30,976 bases of DNA from a virus (Duplodnaviria; Caudoviricetes), in the IMG/VR virus record IMGVR_UViG_3300025018_000406, positions 1-30,976 of that record, one strand, 5' to 3'. Positions within the stretch are counted from its first letter, which is position 1, and each line of letters begins with the position of its first letter. Both the position numbers and the translations under genes were made by a program. Shown piece after piece: positions 14,647-24,033 of this stretch. The notes under the pieces were generated by a model, which worked only from the letters and a program-made list of their open reading frames with translations, did no database searches and had not been told where the DNA came from.

Positions 14647-17204
14647 GAATCGCTTCTTTCTGGGGAAATGGGACGGCTGTTTCTGAAAAATGTGCTGTTT
14701 GTGGGCTACACAGTAAATGTGCCACACCATTCACGAAAGTACATGGTGATGGTAATTTACGCACCCTGTTAGTAATGGAGAAACCTTCAGAGCAGGAAGA
14801 ACGGGGCAGGTCTGCATTTAGCGGATCAACAATGGCAAAGGTTACTGATGGGTTTGCTGATTTTGGAATTGATATTCAGCATGAGTTCTGGAAGTGTAAT
14901 GCCATTCAGTGTTATACAAAGAAGGTGACAGATGCTGAGCCAGAACTGTGCAGAAATAATCTAATAAAAATAATCCATAAGTATAAACCAAAACATATAA
15001 TAACCGTAGGGTACACAGCAACAAAGACAGCTATTGGGCATATGTGTGAGCTACCAAAAAGAGCAGACTCTTTACCTTTTCATCATATTCCTGTACATGA
15101 GTATGGTGCTTGGGTTCATCCTATTATGAACCCAGCGAATATGAAGACACGTAATGAGATGGCTTATATGGACAGGTCGTATAAGTCAATCATGCAGGAT
15201 ATCAAGCTGAATAGGAAGATGGTTGAAGTTAATCCATTCGAAAAAGTAGAGGTACTGACAGATTACGATGACGTACTTGATGCTATTGAATGGTTATACA
15301 CTATCGATGATCCATTATTTGCATGGGATACAGAAACTACGGGGTTAAAACCACATTGGGAAGAGCACTTTATTACCTCTGTTGGTATTGCTGCTCGTGA
15401 TCGGGTTTTCTCTTTTCCATTATACCATGATGAGGCATACGGTGGGGATTACAGTTTATCTAAAGATGTAGAAAATGCCTTAGTCGATGTGATGCAGGAT
15501 AGTAGGTTTAAGAAGATTGCTCACAACAGAAAGTTTGATGAACAATGGTTAGAGGTCACAGCAGACTGCATTGTAAATGGTGGTATTCAATGCACAGCCA
15601 CAAATCAGCACTTACTTGATCACCGAGCAAATACCAAGGGATTAAAGTGGCAGGCTTTCTGTAGATGGGGAGTTGTTGAATATGATAAACGGGCAAAGCC
15701 ATATATTGAAGCAGAACAGCGCGGTGCTAAAGGTAAGAACAGGATGCAGAAAATGCCCCTGAGAGAGCAACTTTTGTATGTAGGTGCTGATGCCTACCTT
15801 ACCTTGAAACTGAGTGATGAGCAGGACGGAGAGTATGCAGAGAGTGATAATCCTTTGAAGCATCGACCTCGTTTATTGTTTCATGAATCAACTGATACTC
15901 TGAAGAGGATTGAAAAGCGTGGAATACCATCAGATAGCAAATATTATAAGCAGATGGAAATTGAACTGCTTGACAAGATGGCAAAGGAACAGAAAGCAAT
16001 TGATATTGATCCTGGTGTTATTGAGTTTAATAGTCGGTACAGTAAGAATTTTAAACAAACCTCACCAATAGACCTAAAAGAAGTTCTGTTCAACATCAAG
16101 GGTTATGATGCGAGTACAGTGAATAAGACGTATAAGGGTAATGTGTCGGTGGATGAGAAGGCGTTGAAGGATATTGACGATCCATTATGTGCTTCAATCC
16201 TTAACTACCGTAAATTATATAAACTGTATAATACGTACATGGCACAGTTTCTTTTTGAGGAGGTAGATGGGATAATACACCCTAACTTTAATCTGGTAAT
16301 ACCAAGGAGCTATCGTGGAAGTTGTTTGAATCCTAACATACAGAACGTGCCAAAGCATGATAAGTATGCCAATAAAGTGTGCAGGACGGGACTACATCCT
16401 AAGAAGGGGATGGGTATGGGGGAGATGGACTTTACAGGTATGGAGGTTGGTACTTCAGCCGCATACCATAAAGATCCTAATTTCATAAATTATCTGGTAA
16501 CTCCTGGTACTGATATGCATCGGGATAATACCTGCGATCTGTGGTGTGTTTCACCACAGGAAGTACACAAGAATTTACGGTATCATACAAAGAACTGTTG
16601 GACATTCCCTCAATTCTATGGTGATTGGTATGGTTCTTGTGCCCCTGAACTGTGGAAGCAGGTTATCACGAAGAACAATATGGCTCTGGAGACTGGTGAG
16701 ACAATCGTTGAAAGGCTACATGATAATAATATCCACAATCTCGATGATTTCCTTAAACACTGTCAGGATGTAGAGGATAAGATGTGGAATGAACGATTCA
16801 AGGTGTATACGGCTTGGAAGAAAGAAGTGAACGACTTCTATTTGAAGTATGGGTATGTTGAGACTTTTATGGGATTTAGATTTACTGGTTTATTAGATAC
16901 AAAACAGACCAGTAATTACCCGATCCAAGGCACAGCATTTCATTTACTGTTATGGTGTCTGAACAAACTTGACAAATGGATGGTGTCTGAGAAACTTTGG
17001 ACATACATATGTGGTCAGATTCATGACAGTATTGTATTTTGTTGGCACCCTGAAGAATTAGAATACGTAAAAGAGAAAATGGTACAGGTATGCACGGTTG
17101 ATCTTGCTAATGAATTTGAATGGATCAATGTTCCTATGGGTATTGATATTGAGGTATCAAAACTGTATGAGGAAGGTGGAAATTTTAGTAACATCGGAGA
17201 TTAA
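14643..17204 (+). CDS. polA: Family A DNA polymerase with N-terminal UDG-like domain and 3'-5' exonuclease
   Basis: CAVCGLHSKC Fe-S-type cluster and UDG fold. Exonuclease motifs WDTETTG, AHNRKFD, YVGADA. Polymerase motifs PNIQNVP, MDFTGMEV, RYHTK...F..FYG, NYPIQGTA, QIHDSI. Confidence 0.93.
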   Translation: MRIASFWGNGTAVSEKCAVCGLHSKCATPFTKVHGDGNLRTLLVMEKPSEQEERGRSAFSGSTMAKVTDGFADFGIDIQHEFWKCNAIQCYTKKVTDAEPELCRNNLIKIIHKYKPKHIITVGYTATKTAIGHMCELPKRADSLPFHHIPVHEYGAWVHPIMNPANMKTRNEMAYMDRSYKSIMQDIKLNRKMVEVNPFEKVEVLTDYDDVLDAIEWLYTIDDPLFAWDTETTGLKPHWEEHFITSVGIAARDRVFSFPLYHDEAYGGDYSLSKDVENALVDVMQDSRFKKIAHNRKFDEQWLEVTADCIVNGGIQCTATNQHLLDHRANTKGLKWQAFCRWGVVEYDKRAKPYIEAEQRGAKGKNRMQKMPLREQLLYVGADAYLTLKLSDEQDGEYAESDNPLKHRPRLLFHESTDTLKRIEKRGIPSDSKYYKQMEIELLDKMAKEQKAIDIDPGVIEFNSRYSKNFKQTSPIDLKEVLFNIKGYDASTVNKTYKGNVSVDEKALKDIDDPLCASILNYRKLYKLYNTYMAQFLFEEVDGIIHPNFNLVIPRSYRGSCLNPNIQNVPKHDKYANKVCRTGLHPKKGMGMGEMDFTGMEVGTSAAYHKDPNFINYLVTPGTDMHRDNTCDLWCVSPQEVHKNLRYHTKNCWTFPQFYGDWYGSCAPELWKQVITKNNMALETGETIVERLHDNNIHNLDDFLKHCQDVEDKMWNERFKVYTAWKKEVNDFYLKYGYVETFMGFRFTGLLDTKQTSNYPIQGTAFHLLLWCLNKLDKWMVSEKLWTYICGQIHDSIVFCWHPEELEYVKEKMVQVCTVDLANEFEWINVPMGIDIEVSKLYEEGGNFSNIGD

Positions 17205-17224
17205 ACATTTAGAAGGGGATTATT

Positions 17225-18193
17225 ATGTCGGGAAGTTTACCATTGAAATACAGGCCAGATGATTTTGAATTTGTCTACGGCAATAAACATGCCGTTGATC
17301 AGGTGCAATCTATTTTGAAACGGGATATAAATAGTATCCCTAAATCATGGTTGTTTACTGGTGGTTCAGGCTGTGGAAAAACTACGATGGTGCGGATCAT
17401 AAAGGAAAAATTAGGGTGCTCTGATGCTAATTTCCATGAGTTCAATTCAGCGAATACAAATGGTATCGATACCATAAGGGAGATAACGGCTAACTCCAGA
17501 ATGTCTGCTATGGGTGGTGGATGTAAGGTATTCCTCCTCGATGAATTTCATGCTGCAACATCGGCAGCGCAGAACGCCCTGTTGAAAGTGCTGGAGGATA
17601 CGCCGAAAAATACCTTCTTCTTTCTGGCAACAACAAATCCGGAAAAGATAAAGAAAGCGGTAAAAACCAGATGCACAACAATAACGATGAAGGAATGTTC
17701 CACAAGAGAATTAGCAAAACTCTGTACCGATATAGCACTTGAGGAGGGCATAACGTTATCCCCGAAAATTGCTAAGGCTATTGGTAATTCATCTGGTGGT
17801 TCGCCACGTGAAGCTCTGAAGATTCTTGATCAAGTTATTGATATTGAGGATGAGGAAGCAGCGATCAGTGCAGTAGAAAAGACCATAGGCAACGAATCAA
17901 ACACTATTGAACTGTGCCAGGAGTTCATGAACAATTGTAGATGGGAACGGATACGGGTTATTCTTGCTGATCTGTATAAAGACAACAGTGTAGAGGATAT
18001 GCGCAGGACGGTACTAGGGTACTTTAATACAGTGCTACTTGGTGCTAACAATATGCACGCCGCCATGATCCTTGAGCAGATAACAAAGGTCAGTAAATAT
18101 GATGCAGATAAAGCGGAATTTACCTTAGCATGTTATAATGCTGTGTTCGAGATTAATGAGGCAAGTGGTACTGGTAAGGATGTACCATTCTAA
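17225..18193 (+). CDS. dnaX: Clamp loader, DNA polymerase III gamma/tau-like AAA+ subunit
   Basis: KYRP, GGSGCGKTT, LLDEFH, QNALLKVLED, TRC and GSPREAL motifs. Confidence 0.93.
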   Translation: MSGSLPLKYRPDDFEFVYGNKHAVDQVQSILKRDINSIPKSWLFTGGSGCGKTTMVRIIKEKLGCSDANFHEFNSANTNGIDTIREITANSRMSAMGGGCKVFLLDEFHAATSAAQNALLKVLEDTPKNTFFFLATTNPEKIKKAVKTRCTTITMKECSTRELAKLCTDIALEEGITLSPKIAKAIGNSSGGSPREALKILDQVIDIEDEEAAISAVEKTIGNESNTIELCQEFMNNCRWERIRVILADLYKDNSVEDMRRTVLGYFNTVLLGANNMHAAMILEQITKVSKYDADKAEFTLACYNAVFEINEASGTGKDVPF

Positions 18194-18203
18194 CAAGTAA
18201 ATA

Positions 18204-18237
18204 TTGATTCTCTGTGTAGAGATACACAGAGAATCAA
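18204..18237. other. Perfect 15-bp hairpin with GAGA tetraloop
   Basis: TTGATTCTCTGTGTA-GAGA-TACACAGAGAATCAA, with no U tract on either strand. Confidence 0.7.
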
Positions 18238-18246
18238 AGAATAAAC

Positions 18247-18280
18247 TTGACATTAATTTACTTATGAGTATACTTATGAG
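18247..18280 (+). promoter_or_regulatory. Sigma70-type promoter with overlapping direct repeat
   Basis: TTGACA (18247-18252), 16 bp, TATACT (18269-18274). TACTTATGAG is repeated at 18259-18268 and 18271-18280. Confidence 0.6.
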
Positions 18281-18288
18281 AGAACACA

Positions 18289-18822
18289 ATGAGCAAAGAA
18301 TTTGATGTTGCTGATGCATTATCTCTGGATAAATTGGCACTTGATTATGAGTGGTTACGGCAGACGTATTTAGTCAATCAGGCCACTAATTTATTGGCAG
18401 ATATTACATTTAAGCGGGACAGAGCAAAAGCAAAGTTGGCGTATGAAAGTGCAAAGTTGGCAAATTATATTCGGTCAGAACCTGATGAATATAATATCAA
18501 AGGTACTGTTACTGATGGAAAGGTTCGGGAGATAGTTACGACGGACTACAAGATTTATGAGCTTGAACAGACCTTGCACGAATGGGAAGCGGAACTCGTT
18601 GCTGCTAATGGTGTAAGGAGGGCTTTGGAGCACAAGAAAGCAGCATTGGAGGAACTTACCCGATTATTTCTATCTGGGTACTGGGCAACACCGTATATAT
18701 CCAAGGAGGACAGGGATAAGTACAAAGAAAACGACAAGTATGACCAAGGGGATGTACTAAGCGAAAACACCCGTTTACAAAATCGGGCAAACAAAGGGAG
18801 TGACGAATATGGCGAAGAGTAG
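18289..18822 (+). CDS. Helical protein, possibly a UvsY-like recombination mediator
   Basis: Coiled-coil character, 'TDGKVREIV...ALEHKKAALEEL', located upstream of SSB and RecA. Function inferred from context. Confidence 0.5.
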   Translation: MSKEFDVADALSLDKLALDYEWLRQTYLVNQATNLLADITFKRDRAKAKLAYESAKLANYIRSEPDEYNIKGTVTDGKVREIVTTDYKIYELEQTLHEWEAELVAANGVRRALEHKKAALEELTRLFLSGYWATPYISKEDRDKYKENDKYDQGDVLSENTRLQNRANKGSDEYGEE

Positions 18823-19933
18823 ATTCAGAAAAACTGGTGGATACACTGAGGAGTTGAAGAAACGGACAGAGCAGAGCACAGGTGGTGGTTTTATCACTAT
18901 CTTCCGCGATGATCTTAATCTTCCTATCTGGAAGGAGCCGAAGGAGGGGGATGTTGGTATTGATATCATTCCGTATATTGCTTCAGCAAATCACCCACAG
19001 GCGAAGGAATGTGCACCAGTATACAAACTGGAGCTTTGGGTACATACTCGTGTAGGTCCAGAGAAAGGTGACTATGTATGCCTTCGGAACTTTGGACAGG
19101 AGTGCCCACTTTGCCAAGCACGTTATGATGAACTGGCAAGTGCCAATCCTAGAAAGAAAATCGCAGATGATCTGAAAGGAAGCCACCGTGCAATATACAA
19201 TGTTGTTGTTGTCACGAATGAGAAGGAAGAAGCAAAAGGTGTACAGATTTGGACGGCAAGTACATATTTGGCAGAACAACATTTCCAGTCAACAGCGAAA
19301 AATCGTAAGACTGGGGAAAAGATTCCTTTTTCTTGTCCTGATACTGGTCGTACTATTTGGTTTACAGTTGAAGGGAGTAAACTGACTAAGGCATTTGCTG
19401 GTATCACATTAGAAGAACGGCCTGAGCCCATTTCTGATGATATATTGGATGCAGCTTTTACTCTGGAAGAATGTATTATTATTCCGAAGAAATCAGATCT
19501 TCAGAAGATTGCTGAGATAATCGTGGGCAGTGGCAACCTCGATGATGATGATTTGCCAGATCCACCATCTCGGCGTGGGCGCAGTACACAGGATGACGAG
19601 CCGCCTCGTAGACGGGCTGCAAAAGAGCCAGAAGAAGATACACCACCTCCTCGTAGACGGGCTGCCCAGCAGGAAGAGGACGAGCCGCCTCGTAGACGGG
19701 CTGCCCAGCAGGAAGAGGACGGCGATCAGCAGGAAGATGACGGCGATCAGCAGGAAGAAGAAGATACACCACCCACACGTAAAAGGATAACGAAAGAGGA
19801 AGAGGACGAGCCGCCTCGTAGACGGGCTGCAAAAGAGCCAGAAGAAGATACACCACCTCCTCGTCGCAGATCTACTCAGAAAGATGATGGGGATGCACCA
19901 CCACGCAGAACAAGAATTAGAAGAGAGGAATAA
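18809..19933 (+). CDS. Single-stranded DNA-binding protein (gp32-like) with long repetitive charged tail
   Basis: IDIIPY, WVH, YVC...ECPLC zinc site, AIYNVV, GVQIW and PDTGR. The C-terminal ~130 aa are low complexity. Directly upstream of recA. Confidence 0.72.
   Translation: MAKSRFRKTGGYTEELKKRTEQSTGGGFITIFRDDLNLPIWKEPKEGDVGIDIIPYIASANHPQAKECAPVYKLELWVHTRVGPEKGDYVCLRNFGQECPLCQARYDELASANPRKKIADDLKGSHRAIYNVVVVTNEKEEAKGVQIWTASTYLAEQHFQSTAKNRKTGEKIPFSCPDTGRTIWFTVEGSKLTKAFAGITLEERPEPISDDILDAAFTLEECIIIPKKSDLQKIAEIIVGSGNLDDDDLPDPPSRRGRSTQDDEPPRRRAAKEPEEDTPPPRRRAAQQEEDEPPRRRAAQQEEDGDQQEDDGDQQEEEDTPPTRKRITKEEEDEPPRRRAAKEPEEDTPPPRRRSTQKDDGDAPPRRTRIRREE
19595..19864 (+). repeat. Coding repeats in the SSB tail
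   Basis: Identical 60-bp copies at 19595-19654 and 19805-19864, with 39-bp-period and 21-bp-period tandem units between them. All periods are multiples of 3. Confidence 0.9.
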
Positions 19934-19936
19934 ATA

Positions 19937-21034
19937 ATGAGCCGCCTAAATAGACAAGAAGAAACACTCACTGAGCAGTTTGAAGAACAGTTGGAAGAAC
20001 AGGCTGAACTTACTTCGGTGAATAAGAAAATACCAATAGATAAAAAGAATGTAGTCTCTACTGGTTGCACATTGCTCGACTTGTCTATTTTAGGCGGTCG
20101 TATTAAAGGTGGTGGTATTCCTGGTGGCATAATGGCAGAGTTTGCAGGTGGTTCTGGATCTGGTAAGACAGCTATGATGATGGACATTGCTGCCTCGGTG
20201 CAATTAAAAGGTGGTGAATCACTTATTGCTGATCCTGAAGGGAGGCTGGACAAAGAGTATGCAGCAACATTCGGATGTGAGATTCCGAAGGAGAATTATC
20301 ACCGTCCTAATCTCGTTCTTGATCACAAGAACGAGAAGGGCAAGGTTATTGAGCAGGGCATTGAAGGTTTGTTTATGGATTGGGAACCTACTAATCCTGA
20401 TATAATGAATATGTTTGGGGCAGATTCTATTGCAGCACTGTCTACTGCTATGGAAATGGAAAAGGGGGATGCCCGAGGACAAAGAAAAGCCAAAGAGTTG
20501 TCTGAATTTTGCAGGAAAATGGCAAGAATTATTGCTGAGGATCATAAGTTGTTGGTTTTCACAAACCAGTTACGTGTTGGTAATCCTACCCCACAGGGGA
20601 TTGCAACAAAGACTACTACTGGTGGAGAGGCAATACCGTTTTACAGTTCGTTACGGGTTAATTCTCGACAGGTGGCAAAAATTACTCGGAAGAAAAAGAA
20701 TGAATACGGGGTAGAGATTACCAGGGACGTAGGTATAATAACCAGTCTCAGCCTGATAAAGAATTCATTGGATGACCCTTACAGGAAATGTAATATGTAC
20801 CTGTTGTTCGGTCATGGTATAAGTGATGTCATGGGGAATCTGTACTACATCAAGGATATGACTAAATCAACGGTATTTGATGTCTTGGACAAAACCTATC
20901 GCAGTATATGGGATGCGTTACCGTATATTGAGGAAAACAATCTGGAAGCAGAGTTGAGGGAATGGACCATAGAGATATGGGAGAAAAACCAGAACCTGTT
21001 CGAGATGCCAAGGAAAACAAAAGTGAGGTTTTAA
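19937..21034 (+). CDS. recA: RecA/UvsX-like recombinase
   Basis: STGC..LD, GGIPGG, GGSGSGKT, ADPEGRLD, ADSIAAL, FTNQLR and GGEAIPFYSSLR motifs. Confidence 0.95.
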   Translation: MSRLNRQEETLTEQFEEQLEEQAELTSVNKKIPIDKKNVVSTGCTLLDLSILGGRIKGGGIPGGIMAEFAGGSGSGKTAMMMDIAASVQLKGGESLIADPEGRLDKEYAATFGCEIPKENYHRPNLVLDHKNEKGKVIEQGIEGLFMDWEPTNPDIMNMFGADSIAALSTAMEMEKGDARGQRKAKELSEFCRKMARIIAEDHKLLVFTNQLRVGNPTPQGIATKTTTGGEAIPFYSSLRVNSRQVAKITRKKKNEYGVEITRDVGIITSLSLIKNSLDDPYRKCNMYLLFGHGISDVMGNLYYIKDMTKSTVFDVLDKTYRSIWDALPYIEENNLEAELREWTIEIWEKNQNLFEMPRKTKVRF

Positions 21035-21035
21035 T

Positions 21036-21236
21036 ATGCCAGACTTACCAAAAGAAGGATACACTGAAGTAACTGCATCTGTAAAAAGAACTGTCCAGAT
21101 ACATGAATATGAACCATTGTCGGTGTCTGGTACTTTTCGTAAGGTGGTTAAAGACGAAGACGCATATAAGGAATTTGGTGATATGTGCGTTCAACTCGAA
21201 GTGGAAATTATGGAGTTCCTGGGGATAAAAGATTAA
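21036..21236 (+). CDS. Hypothetical protein
   Basis: Fills the gap; TAATG overlap with the next gene. Confidence 0.7.
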   Translation: MPDLPKEGYTEVTASVKRTVQIHEYEPLSVSGTFRKVVKDEDAYKEFGDMCVQLEVEIMEFLGIKD

Positions 21237-22087
21237 TGTACAGATACATTGCCGTGGATTGTTCTTCCCTGCTATTTGGTAATGCATTTAAGATGAAACA
21301 GTTGAAAGCGAACGAGGTTAAGACAGGGGCTATATTCGGTTTCCTGCGTAATCTGCTATTTCTTGCCCAGTACTTTCACTGTAACAAATTCTTGTTCTGT
21401 TGGGATGGTAAAGGATCTGATCGGAAAAAGATCTTTCCTGAATACAAGAACAAGCGCGGTAAAAGTCGCAAGGAAGATAAACAGTTGGAAGATATTTATC
21501 AAGCAGTACTGGTACAATCTAGGCAACTGAAGAATGAAATACTGCCACAATGTGGATTCAATAATCACTTTGCCCAGGAAGGAAAAGAGGCTGATGATCT
21601 GTTAGCCAATATTGTTACTTACCATGATGGAGTGTTGATGGTATCTAACGATGAGGACATGTTTCAGATGTTAGATTTGTGTGATATCTGGAACAATGGC
21701 AAACAGCGGATGTGGAGTGAACGTTCTTTCATCAAGGAATATGGTATCACTCCTATACAATGGGTTGATGTCAAAGCGTTGGGTGGTTGTTCTTCCGATG
21801 ACATACCTGGTATTCCTGGGGTGGCAGAAAAGACGGCTATCAAATATTTGCTTGGTAATTTGCCTGTGCATCACAAGACATTTACAGCTATCAAGAATGG
21901 TAAAGATATTATTGAACGGAATTACAAACTTGTGCGGCTACCTATGGATGGTACAAAATATCAGAAGATTATCCCTGATACCCTGAATTACGATGCCTTT
22001 GAAAAGATGTGTAAAAAATACTGGTTCAATAGTTTCTTGGAGAACCTGAGTATGGATTGGGAAAATTTCTTCCGGGGGAGAGTATAA
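21236..22087 (+). CDS. 5'-3' exonuclease / flap endonuclease
   Basis: AVD, CWDG, RKKIFPEYK..R, EADD, SNDEDMFQ and GCSSDDIPGIPGVAEKTA motifs. Confidence 0.93.
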   Translation: MYRYIAVDCSSLLFGNAFKMKQLKANEVKTGAIFGFLRNLLFLAQYFHCNKFLFCWDGKGSDRKKIFPEYKNKRGKSRKEDKQLEDIYQAVLVQSRQLKNEILPQCGFNNHFAQEGKEADDLLANIVTYHDGVLMVSNDEDMFQMLDLCDIWNNGKQRMWSERSFIKEYGITPIQWVDVKALGGCSSDDIPGIPGVAEKTAIKYLLGNLPVHHKTFTAIKNGKDIIERNYKLVRLPMDGTKYQKIIPDTLNYDAFEKMCKKYWFNSFLENLSMDWENFFRGRV

Positions 22088-22296
22088 TGATCCACTTCAT
22101 AGTAGCCGATACAACCTGTAAAAGATCGAAGAGTATTGGAGTTTATCCATATAAGAAATTACGCTTTACCCGATGTCACCCAGATGATGCAGAACGCGCA
22201 CAGATTGGGTTGCAGGGCATGACAGGTAATTTAGTTCCTATCTTTAGCGTTACTGATTGGGAAGTACAGGTGAATAAATTATTAATGGGGAAGTAG
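22087..22296 (+). CDS. Hypothetical protein
   Basis: GGAG RBS; TAATG overlap with the preceding gene. Confidence 0.6.
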   Translation: MIHFIVADTTCKRSKSIGVYPYKKLRFTRCHPDDAERAQIGLQGMTGNLVPIFSVTDWEVQVNKLLMGK

Positions 22297-22297
22297 G

Positions 22298-22693
22298 ATG
22301 GTAATGAAATCTCGGTCAGCAAAGAACAAGGGCGCACGATTACAGAAGTGGATGGCACAGAAGATATCTGATCTGACGGGCATCCCTTGTGGGAAGGATG
22401 AGTTGATTGAATCCAGAGAGATGGGACAGGCTGGTGTGGATATAAAGCTGATAGGGGAAGCTCGGATAAAGTTTCCCTTCAGTGTAGAAACAAAGAACCA
22501 GGAAAACTGGTCTGTTCCTGCCTATGTTAAACAGGCGAAACAGAACGTGATGCTTGGCACTGATTGGTTACTGGTTATGAATCGTAAAGACATAGATCCA
22601 GTTATTGTAATGGATGCAAATGCCTTTATGCGGTTGATGGGTCATATTAATTTCCCTGTTGCGGAGCAACCTAAACGATTGGAGCAAAAGTAA
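22298..22693 (+). CDS. PD-(D/E)XK nuclease, probable Holliday junction resolvase
   Basis: SAKNKGARLQ, MGQAGVDI and FPFSVETKNQE motifs. Confidence 0.8.
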   Translation: MVMKSRSAKNKGARLQKWMAQKISDLTGIPCGKDELIESREMGQAGVDIKLIGEARIKFPFSVETKNQENWSVPAYVKQAKQNVMLGTDWLLVMNRKDIDPVIVMDANAFMRLMGHINFPVAEQPKRLEQK

Positions 22694-24033
22694 TGCCATT
22701 TGAATATGTGTATCAAAATCTGTTGAAACTTGCAGGATTACCATCTACTAATGACAAGGAAGAATTGGTTTTGGAATGCTTGAAGAACAAAACATTCCAG
22801 AAAACTATGAAGTATGCACTTAGTCAGGGGTGGACTTACAGTATTCGTGAAGTGCCTTACCATAAGGTACCGTTAGAATTAGAGTCTGCTGATGAATTGT
22901 TCGAGTTCCTTGAGTACCTACGGGAGAAAGGGTCTGCTAACGAGACCGATAAAAACCAGCTCTCCAGGTTATCATCTGCATCATTAGCCACCCTGTATGT
23001 TGTCAACTGTATTACCCAGAAAGATATAAAATGTGGTGTTGGTGTAAAGACGATCAATAAAATAAAGCCGAAAACATGCCATCTTGTGCCATATCAACGG
23101 TGCAGTAGTGAGGAGAAGATAGGGAATGTCCAGTACCCTGCATTGATTCAGAAGAAAGCTGATTCCATGTTCAGTTACGCCCTTCCATTCAAAGAGAAGG
23201 ATGTGTTTCTGACACGTGGTGGACAGTTCTATGATGTGTTGTCGGCTACCCTGCAGAAGGAGTTGAAAACGCTGATCGATGGTAAAGAGGTACTTGTCGG
23301 TGAATGTCAAGTGCTGGATGAACAGTATATCAACGTATTGCCACGTAAAGCTGGTAACGGTATATTGAATTCCATCATCCAAGGTACAGCTACCCAGGAA
23401 CAGATGGAGCGGGTGATCTATGATGTATGGGATATTATACCATATGATGCTTTTCTGGAACAGTCATACAAGGTGAATATTGTACATCGATTTAACACTT
23501 TACAGGAAAGGGAGAAGAGAATACGTGGTGACGCGGTACAGGTGATCCCTTATGAATATGTCAGCAGTGAACAGGAGGCAAGAGATTTCTACGCTAAGAT
23601 GCGGAGTATGGGGTATGAAGGGGCTATTCTGAAAAACTTTAATGATCATTGGAAATTTAATACCAGCCCTATGCAGATCAAATTGAAGAATCAATCTGTG
23701 GCGGAGTTCGAAATTATTGATGCCTATTACGGTGAAAAGAATGGTAGGTTTGCTGATCTTCTTGGTGGTATAACTATACGTTCTGCCTGTGGTAAAATAG
23801 TCAGTAACTGTGGTGGTGGGTTCAGTGACAAGGAACGTAAACTGGGTGTTGACTGGTGGAAAGAACAGATCGGTAAGATTGCTGGTATAAAGTTTGAGTC
23901 GGTGATTGAAGACAAAACCACCAGAGAGACATACAAACTCTACTCACCGCAGTTTGATGAGATCCGAAATGATAAAATTGAAGCAGATACATTGGAATAC
24001 TGCTTGGAAATATCTACTGGTAAAAGGACATGA
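22693..24033 (+). CDS. ATP-dependent DNA ligase (T4-like)
   Basis: QKKADS (variant motif I), TRGG, VGE, VWD, EGAILK, IKLK and an OB-fold with CGGGFSD and IRNDK. Confidence 0.9.
   Translation: MPFEYVYQNLLKLAGLPSTNDKEELVLECLKNKTFQKTMKYALSQGWTYSIREVPYHKVPLELESADELFEFLEYLREKGSANETDKNQLSRLSSASLATLYVVNCITQKDIKCGVGVKTINKIKPKTCHLVPYQRCSSEEKIGNVQYPALIQKKADSMFSYALPFKEKDVFLTRGGQFYDVLSATLQKELKTLIDGKEVLVGECQVLDEQYINVLPRKAGNGILNSIIQGTATQEQMERVIYDVWDIIPYDAFLEQSYKVNIVHRFNTLQEREKRIRGDAVQVIPYEYVSSEQEARDFYAKMRSMGYEGAILKNFNDHWKFNTSPMQIKLKNQSVAEFEIIDAYYGEKNGRFADLLGGITIRSACGKIVSNCGGGFSDKERKLGVDWWKEQIGKIAGIKFESVIEDKTTRETYKLYSPQFDEIRNDKIEADTLEYCLEISTGKRT

Noticed and set aside
19595-19864. Repeats as a possible CRISPR array
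   Set aside because: Units are in-frame coding duplications with no unique spacers of constant length, and no cas genes are present.
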